From: an uncultured Pseudomonadota bacterium
Lineage (GTDB): Bacteria > Pseudomonadota > Alphaproteobacteria > Rs-D84
Reading direction: 5' to 3'
Length of the DNA: 64,000 bases
Assembly (NCBI GenBank): GCA_902802115.1
Contig: CADCKW010000001.1
Span: forward strand, 72,409-136,408
The position numbers and the translations under genes are program-made. Positions 36,530 to 45,408 of this stretch are shown here, one piece after another. The notes under the pieces were generated by a model. That model saw nothing but the letters and a program-made list of their open reading frames with translations. It did no database searches and was not told the DNA's origin. Position 1 is the first letter of the stretch. Each line of letters opens with the position of its first letter.

Positions 36530-36609
36530 AAAAAACTCCCTTAGAATTTCTTTTATCTAAGGGATATTATATCACAAAAAACACACTAAAACAAATACAG
36601 ATATCATTT

Positions 36610-36750
36610 TTATTTTGGTTGTGCTCCAAAATGTGGTGGCACAATCAATTTTTGGTTTTGTTCTACAATCGGTTCAACCTCGCAATTACAACAACCGGCA
36701 ACCGCCGCCACTGACAAAACCGCCAAACAAATCAACAAAGCTTTTTTCAT
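36610..36750 (-). CDS. Small lipoprotein (46 aa), hypothetical
   Basis: It encodes MKKALLICLAVLSVAAVAGCCNCEVEPIVEQNQKLIVPPHFGAQPK with a lipobox AGC. An AAGGA RBS is 7 nt upstream. Confidence 0.35.
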   Translation of the reverse strand: MKKALLICLAVLSVAAVAGCCNCEVEPIVEQNQKLIVPPHFGAQPK

Positions 36751-36780
36751 CTCTTTTCCTTTTAATCTTAAAACTATTTA

Positions 36781-36877
36781 AAAAAATAACGAGACAGATG
36801 CGCAGTTGTTTATGAGTGCGGTGTAGAACTGCTACATAAACGAATAAACAACAAGCAGATGCCCTTTATTTTTTTAA
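36781..36877. repeat. Structured hairpin repeat (family R), solo unit
   Basis: The unit is aaaaataacgagacagatgcgcag-ttgtttat-gagtgcggtgtagaactgctacataaacgaa-taaacaa-caagcagatgccctttattttt. It has the conserved core and covarying inner and outer stems. Confidence 0.7.
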
Positions 36878-36912
36878 ATTATGCCCCAATCAATCGATTG
36901 GGGCAATAACTT

Positions 36913-38646
36913 TTATGCAGGCATCTTTACCGCATCAACCATTTGGCGAACAAAATCATTTAATGCCACAACCTCTTGGGCATCAATACCCAATTTACGC
37001 AAAGTGACCGTTTTATCATTTTGTTCTTTTTCACCAACAACGGCAATAATCGGCGTTTTTGCCAAAGACAATTCGCGAATCTTGTAATTAACCTTTTCGT
37101 CACGCAAATCTGCACGTGCATAAACACCCGCATCACGCAAATCTGCAACAATAGAATCTGCGTATTCACGATATTTTTCAGATACAGGAACCACAACAAC
37201 TGGCTCTGGACTCAACCACAATGGTAAATTACCACCCGTTGATTCCAACAAAACACCAAAGAATCGTTCAATTGACCCCAATAAAGCACGATGCAACATT
37301 ATTGGACGATGTTTTTCACCATCTTCGCCAATATAAGACAAATCAAATCTTTCTGGCAAATTCATATCTAATTGCACAGTTCCACACTGCCAAACACGCC
37401 CCATAGAATCCTTCAAATAATTATCAATTTTTGGACCATAGAACGCAGCATCATTTTCTGCAATTTCATATTCAATACCATTGGCATCCAATGCATGCTT
37501 TAACGCACCTTCGGCTTTATCCCACACCTCGTCAGAACCAATACGGAATTCAGAAAGCGGACGCGTTGCCAATTTCATCATGATTTTTTCAAATCCAAAT
37601 TTGTTGTAAATATCTTTGATAAAACGCAACACTTTCACAACTTCATCTTCCAGTTGTTCTTCGGTACAGAAAATATGTGCATCGTCTTGGGTAAATTCAC
37701 GCACACGCATCAAACCAGACAAACCACCGGCGGCCTCGTAACGACAAACTTTACCAAATTCAGCCAAATACAAAGGCAAATCTTTATATGATTTAATACC
37801 CTGACCAAATACTAACATACCGCCCGGACAAGACATAGGTTTGACACAAAACACTTTGCCATCTTGGGTCGTTCCGGAATAATTATGCGCGCCATATTTC
37901 GCCCAGTGCCCAGAACGTTCCCACAAACAACGATCCATAATAGATGGCGTTGATATTTCTAAATACCCTGCTCGTTCTTGACGCATACGCAAATATTCAA
38001 TCAAACGGCGATAAACTTTAAATCCCTTGTCATGCCAAAACACCGCACCTGGCGCATATTCAGGTTCAAAATGGAACAAATCCATTTCCTTGCCCAATTT
38101 ACGGTTATCGCGTTTTGCGGCCTCTTCTTGCATTTTCAAGAATTCGTCTAATTCTTCTTTGCTGGCAAATGCATCAACATAGATTCTTTGCAGCATTTTG
38201 TTTTTAGAATCCCCCTTCCAATATGCACCTGCAACGGAACGAATTTTGAAAGCATCGCGTGGTAAATCTTTGGAACTTTCCACGTGTGGCCCGCGACACA
38301 AATCCGTAAAATCACGAAAAGAATACACAGACAATTTTTCGCCATTGGCGTCATACTCATTTAACCATTCCATTTTATATGGTTGGTCATGGAACAACTC
38401 TTTGGCTTCCTCTAAACTCACGATTCGTTGTTCGAAACGACCATTTGATTTAATCAAATCGCGCATTTCTTTTTCAATTTTTTCAAAATCATCTTCACTG
38501 AATCTGTAATCGGTATCAAAATCATAATAAAATCCGTTTTCAATAGCCGGACCACCCGCAAATTTAATATCTGGGTGCAATTTTTTAACCGCCGCCGCCA
38601 TAACGTGTGCCAACGAATGACGAATCAATTCAATAGGATAAGACAT
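36913..38646 (-). CDS. thrS: Threonine--tRNA ligase
   Basis: 577 aa. The N-terminus …HSLAHVMAAAVKKLHP… is the ThrRS second/editing domain. It has class II aaRS motifs and an anticodon-binding C-terminus. Confidence 0.9.
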   Translation of the reverse strand: MSYPIELIRHSLAHVMAAAVKKLHPDIKFAGGPAIENGFYYDFDTDYRFSEDDFEKIEKEMRDLIKSNGRFEQRIVSLEEAKELFHDQPYKMEWLNEYDANGEKLSVYSFRDFTDLCRGPHVESSKDLPRDAFKIRSVAGAYWKGDSKNKMLQRIYVDAFASKEELDEFLKMQEEAAKRDNRKLGKEMDLFHFEPEYAPGAVFWHDKGFKVYRRLIEYLRMRQERAGYLEISTPSIMDRCLWERSGHWAKYGAHNYSGTTQDGKVFCVKPMSCPGGMLVFGQGIKSYKDLPLYLAEFGKVCRYEAAGGLSGLMRVREFTQDDAHIFCTEEQLEDEVVKVLRFIKDIYNKFGFEKIMMKLATRPLSEFRIGSDEVWDKAEGALKHALDANGIEYEIAENDAAFYGPKIDNYLKDSMGRVWQCGTVQLDMNLPERFDLSYIGEDGEKHRPIMLHRALLGSIERFFGVLLESTGGNLPLWLSPEPVVVVPVSEKYREYADSIVADLRDAGVYARADLRDEKVNYKIRELSLAKTPIIAVVGEKEQNDKTVTLRKLGIDAQEVVALNDFVRQMVDAVKMPA

Positions 38647-38845
38647 ATTAACTACCTCTAACTTTATTTATATTTGTTTAATTTTTTTGAAACTGTTTTT
38701 GATTATAATACGCACCATTTTTTAGTGCAAGCAGAACCCTTAGACCCCCGCGGGGGTTGTGCAAGTCAAAGTAGTAAAGAATATTTTTTTCAACAACATG
38801 CCACTATTTTAAGACTTTATATATTAAAAGTCAATACCATGATAT

Positions 38846-38872
38846 AAAAAAAGCGGGAAAACCGCTTTTTTT
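38846..38872 (-). terminator. Rho-independent terminator after the hemolysin-III gene
   Basis: The hairpin aaaaaaagcgggaaaaccgcttttttt is palindromic with A-run and T-run. Confidence 0.65.
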
Positions 38873-39650
38873 ATATTAAACATGCAACTGTTGGGAAATC
38901 GATAATACTGCCATACAGGACGGCAAAAAAGAAACATACCGACCCACCAATAACAAACAAATGCCACAACGCATGCGAAAAACGCATACGGCGCCACAGA
39001 TAAAATATTACACCAATCGAATAAGACAAACCACCCGCCAACACAAACCACATTCCGCGATGCGATATTGTTTGAATCATTGCAGGCAAAATCCACAACA
39101 ACGCCCAACCCATAATTAAATATAAAATAACGACCCATTTTGGTTGCTGTTTGGGATTTTTAAACTTCATGATTGCGCCAAAAATAACAATAGCCCACAA
39201 CACACCAAACATAGACCACCCCAACCCCATATGATGACATCTATTTAAATTCACCAATAAAAACGGTGTATATGTTCCGGCAATTAACGCATAAATAGCG
39301 ATACTGTCCCAAACCTCGAAAAAGCACTCACTCTTTTCGCCAATCATCGCATGACACATTGTTGAACCAAAATATAAAAAGAACATTGTTGCACCAAATA
39401 AAGAACACGACACAACCGCCCACACATTATGATACAACACCGCATAGGCAACCAACATCGCCAGTCCCGCAATTGCAAGTCCAATACCAATTCCATGCGT
39501 TAAAATATTCAATACCGATTCACTATGCGTCACCGGTCTTTCCCAACGGAACAAACCAGTCGCCCGCAATACACGCAACAAAGTCGATGCATGTGAATCT
39601 TTTTTAACAGCACGCAATTTTGCTTTTATATCTCTCTTTGATTTTGTCAT
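38871..39650 (-). CDS. Hemolysin III / PAQR-family membrane protein
   Basis: 259 aa with 7 TM segments and conserved His residues (…HGIGIG…, HLFV…) typical of YqfA/Hly-III. Confidence 0.75.
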   Translation of the reverse strand: MTKSKRDIKAKLRAVKKDSHASTLLRVLRATGLFRWERPVTHSESVLNILTHGIGIGLAIAGLAMLVAYAVLYHNVWAVVSCSLFGATMFFLYFGSTMCHAMIGEKSECFFEVWDSIAIYALIAGTYTPFLLVNLNRCHHMGLGWSMFGVLWAIVIFGAIMKFKNPKQQPKWVVILYLIMGWALLWILPAMIQTISHRGMWFVLAGGLSYSIGVIFYLWRRMRFSHALWHLFVIGGSVCFFFAVLYGSIIDFPTVACLI

Positions 39651-39651
39651 T

Positions 39652-41229
39652 TTATTTCAATGCTCCCTTCACTCTTTCTATGACTCTATCTTTACCCATC
39701 ACTTGCATGATTGAATACAAATCCGGTGTATTTGTGCGACCTGTTAATGCAACACGCAAATTCATTGCAACATCGCCATTTTTAACACCCGCATTGACCG
39801 CAATCGCGACAATTTTATTCCACCAAGAATCTTTATCATCATTAATATCAAATGTTGATAAAAACGCATTTAACACATCTGCATTAAATTCAAATTCACG
39901 ATTTGGTTGGAATAAATTATCCCAAAAATAAGCAACCTCTTCTAATGTCTGGCGCCATGTAATAAAATCTTTACGAATACGTTTTGGATTATCGCGTTCA
40001 ATAGATAAAACATTACGCAAATATTGCACATCGGCAACCTGGTCTTTACGCACAGAATCCGCATAATTTTGCGCCCAATCAATAACATTTTTAACCAATG
40101 TATCCACAGGCATCTGTGCAATATTTTCTTTGGCCCACCACTCTAATTTTTTCATATCAAATAATGCCCCAGACATTGGAATTTTTTTCGGTTTGAATTC
40201 ATAATCCCAAATAGATTTAACCGCACCTTTTAATTTTGCTTCTTCGTATCCAGACGCAATAATATTAAACAAATATTCCAATACCGCATTGGTTGGCCAC
40301 CCATCAGCCAATAAATTTGCAACATTAGATTCTGGGTCATGCCGCTTTGATAACTTACGTTGTTTTCCTGATTCCGCATCAATTGTATCCAATGTCGATG
40401 TATGGATATAAAGTGGCGGTGCCCAACCCATCATACGAAATAATTGATAATGCAACGGCAAAGACGACAACCACTCTGCCCCGCGCACAACATGTGTAGT
40501 GTGCATAAAATGATCATCACACAAATGCGCAAAATGATATGTTGGCAAACCATCATTTGATTTAATCAAAACCAAATCTTCATTATTTTCTGGGAAAGAA
40601 ATAGAACCACGAACCGCATCTTTACAAAAAATACGTTGTGCCGGATTACCCGTTGAATACAAACGAATCGATGGAACCTCACCTTTATCCAAATGCGCAA
40701 TAATATCTTCGTCTGTTAAATCGCGGTCGCGTGCAAATTCACCATATATCCCGGTTGGAAAGCCCGCCGCGGTTTGACGATTACGTATATCTTCCATTTC
40801 GTCCGCTGTTAAAAAACAAGGATATGCCAATCCCCGCGCCAACAAATCAGCCACCACCGAATGATAAATATCGCGGCGTTGTGACTGAAAATATGGTCCA
40901 TATTTTTCATCATTATTATAAGCAAGTCCAAATTTACTCAATGAATCTATAATAATTTTTACCGCATCAGCAACTTCGCGTTTAGTATCTGTATCTTCAA
41001 TGCGCAACATAAACACACCACCTGATTGTTGTGCTAATTTTGAGTTTATCAAAACCTGATATAAACCACCAATATGCATAAATCCAGTTGGACTGGGTGC
41101 GAATCGGGTGACAAAAGCCCCCTCTGGCAAATCGCGAGGTGGGAATTTTTCTTCCAATTCATGCAATGTATATTTTGGTTTTCCGCCCAAAACCCGTTCA
41201 ATTAATTCTGGTTTTAATCCATTACGCAT
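39652..41229 (-). CDS. gltX: Glutamate--tRNA ligase
   Basis: 525 aa with class I motifs HIGG (FAPSPTGFMHIGG) and KLSKR. Confidence 0.85.
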   Translation of the reverse strand: MRNGLKPELIERVLGGKPKYTLHELEEKFPPRDLPEGAFVTRFAPSPTGFMHIGGLYQVLINSKLAQQSGGVFMLRIEDTDTKREVADAVKIIIDSLSKFGLAYNNDEKYGPYFQSQRRDIYHSVVADLLARGLAYPCFLTADEMEDIRNRQTAAGFPTGIYGEFARDRDLTDEDIIAHLDKGEVPSIRLYSTGNPAQRIFCKDAVRGSISFPENNEDLVLIKSNDGLPTYHFAHLCDDHFMHTTHVVRGAEWLSSLPLHYQLFRMMGWAPPLYIHTSTLDTIDAESGKQRKLSKRHDPESNVANLLADGWPTNAVLEYLFNIIASGYEEAKLKGAVKSIWDYEFKPKKIPMSGALFDMKKLEWWAKENIAQMPVDTLVKNVIDWAQNYADSVRKDQVADVQYLRNVLSIERDNPKRIRKDFITWRQTLEEVAYFWDNLFQPNREFEFNADVLNAFLSTFDINDDKDSWWNKIVAIAVNAGVKNGDVAMNLRVALTGRTNTPDLYSIMQVMGKDRVIERVKGALK

Positions 41230-41275
41230 TTTCGTTTCCCTTGTGTTTATAACTTTATGATTCTATACTAATTAT

Positions 41276-41911
41276 ATGGAAAAACAAGAAATAAGAACAT
41301 TTGGTCGCAGACACGGCAAAAAATTATCGCCACGAAAACAGTTATTATTAGAAACTGTTTTGCCGGCTTTTTTGCCAAAAAACATCAAAAATGCCGGGAA
41401 TTTAATTTTGGAAATTGGTTTTGGTAATGGCGAACATGTTCGCGATTTGGCGATTCGCAATCCTGAATCTATTATTATTGGTGCCGAACCATTTATGAAC
41501 GGTGTTGCGGCATTATTATCGGCAATAACAAACGAATCGACCAATGAAATTATGAACGAATATAAAAACATAAGAATTTGGCCAGATGATGTTCGAAAAA
41601 TGTTTAATGAATTGGACGCAAAATTTAACGAAATATGGGTTTTGCACCCTGACCCATGGCCCAAGGCGCGACACGAAAAACGCAGATTATTAAATGCAGA
41701 TTTTTTATCTGTTTTGGGAACAAAACTGATGCCAAACGGTCAAATTATCATCGGCACAGACCATTGGGAATATTTCGATTGGATTGTCGAACAAAGTAAA
41801 AAAACGGCGCTTAACGCATCGTTTCCGGCACAATCTGTAATTCATACACGATATGCAGAAAAAAATATGGCAAAAACCACAGAACCCAAATATTTAATTT
41901 TATCCAATTAA
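41276..41911 (+). CDS. trmB: tRNA (guanine-N7)-methyltransferase
   Basis: 211 aa with a SAM-binding region (LEIGFGNGEH) and TrmB pattern (…HPDPWPKARHEKRRL…). Confidence 0.85.
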   Translation: MEKQEIRTFGRRHGKKLSPRKQLLLETVLPAFLPKNIKNAGNLILEIGFGNGEHVRDLAIRNPESIIIGAEPFMNGVAALLSAITNESTNEIMNEYKNIRIWPDDVRKMFNELDAKFNEIWVLHPDPWPKARHEKRRLLNADFLSVLGTKLMPNGQIIIGTDHWEYFDWIVEQSKKTALNASFPAQSVIHTRYAEKNMAKTTEPKYLILSN

Positions 41912-42576
41912 TACGCAACAAAGAATTTTAATTTATCTATCAATTCTGGACGATTTATTTTCACCAAACGATAAACTTGTTCTGCACGTATAAAACTGGT
42001 CCCCAACATAACATGTAATTCCATATTTTGTGCCGTCCAATTTTCTAATGCACTGTAAATTCTGCCAACAAAATCAGATGTATTCATATCTTCGTGGGAC
42101 ATAATCAATAACACAGATGAGGCATGCAATTTATCTAAATCTGCGAAAACATCAGCCCAATCCAAAGGCCATATTTCAAATATATCCAACCCGATTGATA
42201 AATCTTTGTTAAAAAACAAATCATCACGCACAGCCGACAGCGATTCAGCGAATCGTTTTAAATCATTTAATTTCACAATTAATTGGGCACCTGTTGCACC
42301 CTGTTTAAAAACAGAATTAATATTAACCACCAAATTAGAAATATCATCACCTGCAACACAATCGAATCGCGAATATATTTTTATATTTGATTTTTCAACC
42401 CATGGCCAAATCACAGGAACCGATGTCGGCGATACCGATAATGCAGGCACTTTCATTTCAACCATATATTCCGCCGCCCCGGCCAATTCCGCACCATCTG
42501 GGTTATCCCCCAGCCACAAAGACACAGATTTTGCCACATCAACATTATTATCAAAAATTTCTTTTATATCTATCAT
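41908..42576 (-). CDS. Hypothetical protein
   Basis: 222-aa ORF. It is divergent from the four-gene operon at 42619. Confidence 0.45.
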   Translation of the reverse strand: MIDIKEIFDNNVDVAKSVSLWLGDNPDGAELAGAAEYMVEMKVPALSVSPTSVPVIWPWVEKSNIKIYSRFDCVAGDDISNLVVNINSVFKQGATGAQLIVKLNDLKRFAESLSAVRDDLFFNKDLSIGLDIFEIWPLDWADVFADLDKLHASSVLLIMSHEDMNTSDFVGRIYSALENWTAQNMELHVMLGTSFIRAEQVYRLVKINRPELIDKLKFFVAY

Positions 42577-42618
42577 TATGCTTTCTAGTTTATCATAAAT
42601 ATGATATAATTAAAACAA

Positions 42619-43539
42619 ATGAAATTATACGACAGATTAAATTTTTTACTATTGGGAACATTATGGATTTTGGCCATAGTGCTGATATTAAATTTTTGGT
42701 TAAATACGGCATACCGTTTTAACATGTTTTCTGCGGCACATTGGGAATATATATCAAATATCCAGGCCCAAAATCTGCCTATATCCAGTGGTTTTTATAT
42801 CGCATTTATTGTATCAATAACCATGGGAATATTGGGGTTATATTTATTATTCCGTCCAAAATTTAGAAAAATAAAATTGCCCATATCACAAAAAACTGTG
42901 ACGCAACAAACCACACCACAACAACCAATTATCAAACCCGAACAAACGGTTCAGCAACCCGCACCACTGGAACAAAAAAACGATATTCAACCGACAAACA
43001 CACAAATATCATCAAATCCAATAATGGCACAACCACCGCGTTTGCATATTCAAATGCCACAAAAAACAGTAAATCGTCCTGTCACAGCAACCCAAAACAC
43101 ACCACAACAAACAAAAAAACAAGAACCCGTTGCGCGCTATACGCATGAAATCCGGGAAATTTTTGAAAAAAATAAATTTATGGTTTTAACACCAAAACCA
43201 ATCAATCGTATTCCTTTGTCATTGATTGCAATTGGTGCAAACGAAACATTATGGATTGGCGCAACCGATATATCACACGAACAAATGAGTGATATAATAT
43301 TGACATTAAAAAATGTATTTAACGAAACACTGGAAGATATTGAAATAGATTTAAATGCATTTATAATAAACCCAACAGATACAGATTTCGTAGATGCAAT
43401 TTTGGATTTAAAAGATATTCAAGAACTAGAATCCGCAATCCAAAATATTCCAAACGAACCTGAATCTGACGAAAACGACAGTATGGACGCTTTTGCTGGA
43501 TATATTGAAACCGTTTTGACATATTTGGGAAATAAATAA
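42619..43539 (+). CDS. Membrane protein with a Gln/Pro-rich linker (hypothetical); operon gene 1 of 4
   Basis: 306 aa with 3 N-terminal TM helices, a Q/P/T-rich low-complexity segment and an acidic C-terminal domain. It overlaps the next gene by 1 nt (TAATG). Confidence 0.5.
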   Translation: MKLYDRLNFLLLGTLWILAIVLILNFWLNTAYRFNMFSAAHWEYISNIQAQNLPISSGFYIAFIVSITMGILGLYLLFRPKFRKIKLPISQKTVTQQTTPQQPIIKPEQTVQQPAPLEQKNDIQPTNTQISSNPIMAQPPRLHIQMPQKTVNRPVTATQNTPQQTKKQEPVARYTHEIREIFEKNKFMVLTPKPINRIPLSLIAIGANETLWIGATDISHEQMSDIILTLKNVFNETLEDIEIDLNAFIINPTDTDFVDAILDLKDIQELESAIQNIPNEPESDENDSMDAFAGYIETVLTYLGNK

Positions 43540-44045
43540 TGAAAATAAGTGAAACAAACGCTATTGCACGCATATCAGAACTGGGCATGGACGATATGCC
43601 CCTGATAGAATACACACCCAAACCAAAACTATTACCGAATGATTGGTTTATGCGTTATCGCGCATTATGCCACGAATTTATGGAATCTTTATCAAATTAT
43701 GCAACCGAAATCGCATTTATGAATTTATCACAAAATGAATTTATGGGGTTATTAACCGGACGTGCATTACCACGAAACACATCTATTCGGTGGCGCATAC
43801 CAATTACACTGGGTGGTGAAATGTCGATTGAAAATATGTTTTTATGCCGCACTTTTCCAAACAGTCACAGACTAGACAGATTCATAATGGAACAAACCGG
43901 CAACGAAACATTATGGTTGCCTAATCCTGAAAAGGCGGTATATATCACAACACATACGGCAACGGGCGGCACCGGCGGAAACGCAACATCTGACCGTCTG
44001 TCCCAGGTCGCCGCACAAATTGCCAAAGATAATTCATTGGGGTAA
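43539..44045 (+). CDS. Hypothetical protein with a degenerate HNH-like motif; operon gene 2 of 4
   Basis: 168 aa. The segment RWRIPITLGGEMSIENMFLCRTFPNSHRLD resembles the HNH core (HH-I-P…GG…N-L…LC…C-H…H), but the first His pair and a Cys are substituted. Confidence 0.5.
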   Translation: MKISETNAIARISELGMDDMPLIEYTPKPKLLPNDWFMRYRALCHEFMESLSNYATEIAFMNLSQNEFMGLLTGRALPRNTSIRWRIPITLGGEMSIENMFLCRTFPNSHRLDRFIMEQTGNETLWLPNPEKAVYITTHTATGGTGGNATSDRLSQVAAQIAKDNSLG

Positions 44046-44048
44046 AAC

Positions 44049-44483
44049 ATGAACCAAACAGAATTTTTAGACACAATAAAAAACAAAGGCGCATTGATTT
44101 GGGGACCATCGAACGCACGCGCCATTGAATACGCAAATTCTAATTTACAGCAAAAAAAATGTGCCATGTTTCCTAATTTTATGATTAGTTTATATACACA
44201 AACGGCTGGAATAAATTTAGGATCCGGATATATATTTGGTCCAACGGAATTACCAAATGGAAACAATTTTCCAATCCCCAGCATCACAGATATAAACACA
44301 GAAATTCAAAACATACCGGCATTGAAAAACAAAACATTATTTGGTCGCAACGATTTATTTTGGTTTGCATTTGATTCTTTTGGAACATGTTATATGTTAA
44401 GCAATATAAATGGCAGCATTTTACGCAAATACGACGACGGATATCGCGCATTATATGATTGCCTGATGGGTGGAAAAATTTAA
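44049..44483 (+). CDS. Hypothetical protein; operon gene 3 of 4
   Basis: 144-aa ORF. It is 3 nt after the previous stop, and the next gene starts immediately after its stop. Confidence 0.5.
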   Translation: MNQTEFLDTIKNKGALIWGPSNARAIEYANSNLQQKKCAMFPNFMISLYTQTAGINLGSGYIFGPTELPNGNNFPIPSITDINTEIQNIPALKNKTLFGRNDLFWFAFDSFGTCYMLSNINGSILRKYDDGYRALYDCLMGGKI

Positions 44484-44687
44484 ATGAAAAAACTATCTGT
44501 ATCTTTATCTGGACATCAAACCAGTATATCACTGGAACCTGAATTTATATTGGAATTACAGCGTATAGCCAAAAATCAAAACACATCGGTCGCGGCAATT
44601 ATTTCCAATATAGACAAAACGCGCAGTGCAAATTCAAATTTATCATCTGCAATACGCGTTTGGATTTTAAACAATATAAAAAACTAA
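44484..44687 (+). CDS. Ribbon-helix-helix domain protein (COG4321-like); operon gene 4 of 4
   Basis: 67 aa. The sequence is LSVSLSGHQTSISLEPEFILELQRIAKNQNTSVAAIISNID…NLSSAIRVWIL, which is the conserved alphaproteobacterial RHH pattern. Confidence 0.6.
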   Translation: MKKLSVSLSGHQTSISLEPEFILELQRIAKNQNTSVAAIISNIDKTRSANSNLSSAIRVWILNNIKN

Positions 44688-45367
44688 TCTTTTTGTTTGT
44701 TTTTTTGTTCTGCCAAATGTGCCAACAATATTTGGTGTGACGATTTTGGCAACTCACTCAACAAAGCATCTGCGCATTGTGATTCTGTCACGAAATCATA
44801 ATTTTTCTCCATCAAAGATATAATTGTATTATGAATTTCATCATCTGAAAATTTTCTTTTTGCCGACCAATTATATTGCATTTTATATGGAACTTTGATG
44901 GGTGACAAAGTATTTATTTTTACCCCTAATTCTGTTGCTAATTTTTTGCGCGCATCATTTGAATTAAACAAACACAAAACTGTATTACGACCATGCGCGG
45001 TTCTGCGAAATTGAATCAAAGGCATACCTTTTTCATCACGCATAGATGCCAAATCTTTATCTTTGATATCACGCACCAAATTAATAATTTTAGAAACAGG
45101 TATTTGATACAATGAAACCAATCGTATCACAGGCGTCCAATGAATATCTTGCACTGGAACTTTTTTTAAATTCACCAAATTAAACCTATTAACAAATTCA
45201 TCAAAATAATCTTTATGTAAAAAATATTGACCGTCACGAAACAAAACACGTTTGCGACCACCCCTTGTATCATAAACAGATTTTAAATTTTGTACCAATG
45301 CATCACGTGATATATCAACATTCGCCCGTATTTTGTCATAATCCAACCAAACATTAGTTTTAAACAT
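44684..45367 (-). CDS. Hypothetical protein
   Basis: 227-aa ORF, convergent with the RHH gene; the two overlap by 4 nt. Confidence 0.5.
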   Translation of the reverse strand: MFKTNVWLDYDKIRANVDISRDALVQNLKSVYDTRGGRKRVLFRDGQYFLHKDYFDEFVNRFNLVNLKKVPVQDIHWTPVIRLVSLYQIPVSKIINLVRDIKDKDLASMRDEKGMPLIQFRRTAHGRNTVLCLFNSNDARKKLATELGVKINTLSPIKVPYKMQYNWSAKRKFSDDEIHNTIISLMEKNYDFVTESQCADALLSELPKSSHQILLAHLAEQKNKQKD

Positions 45368-45408
45368 AACAACCGCCTTTTATTTTTTACAAATAACACT
45401 ATATATCT

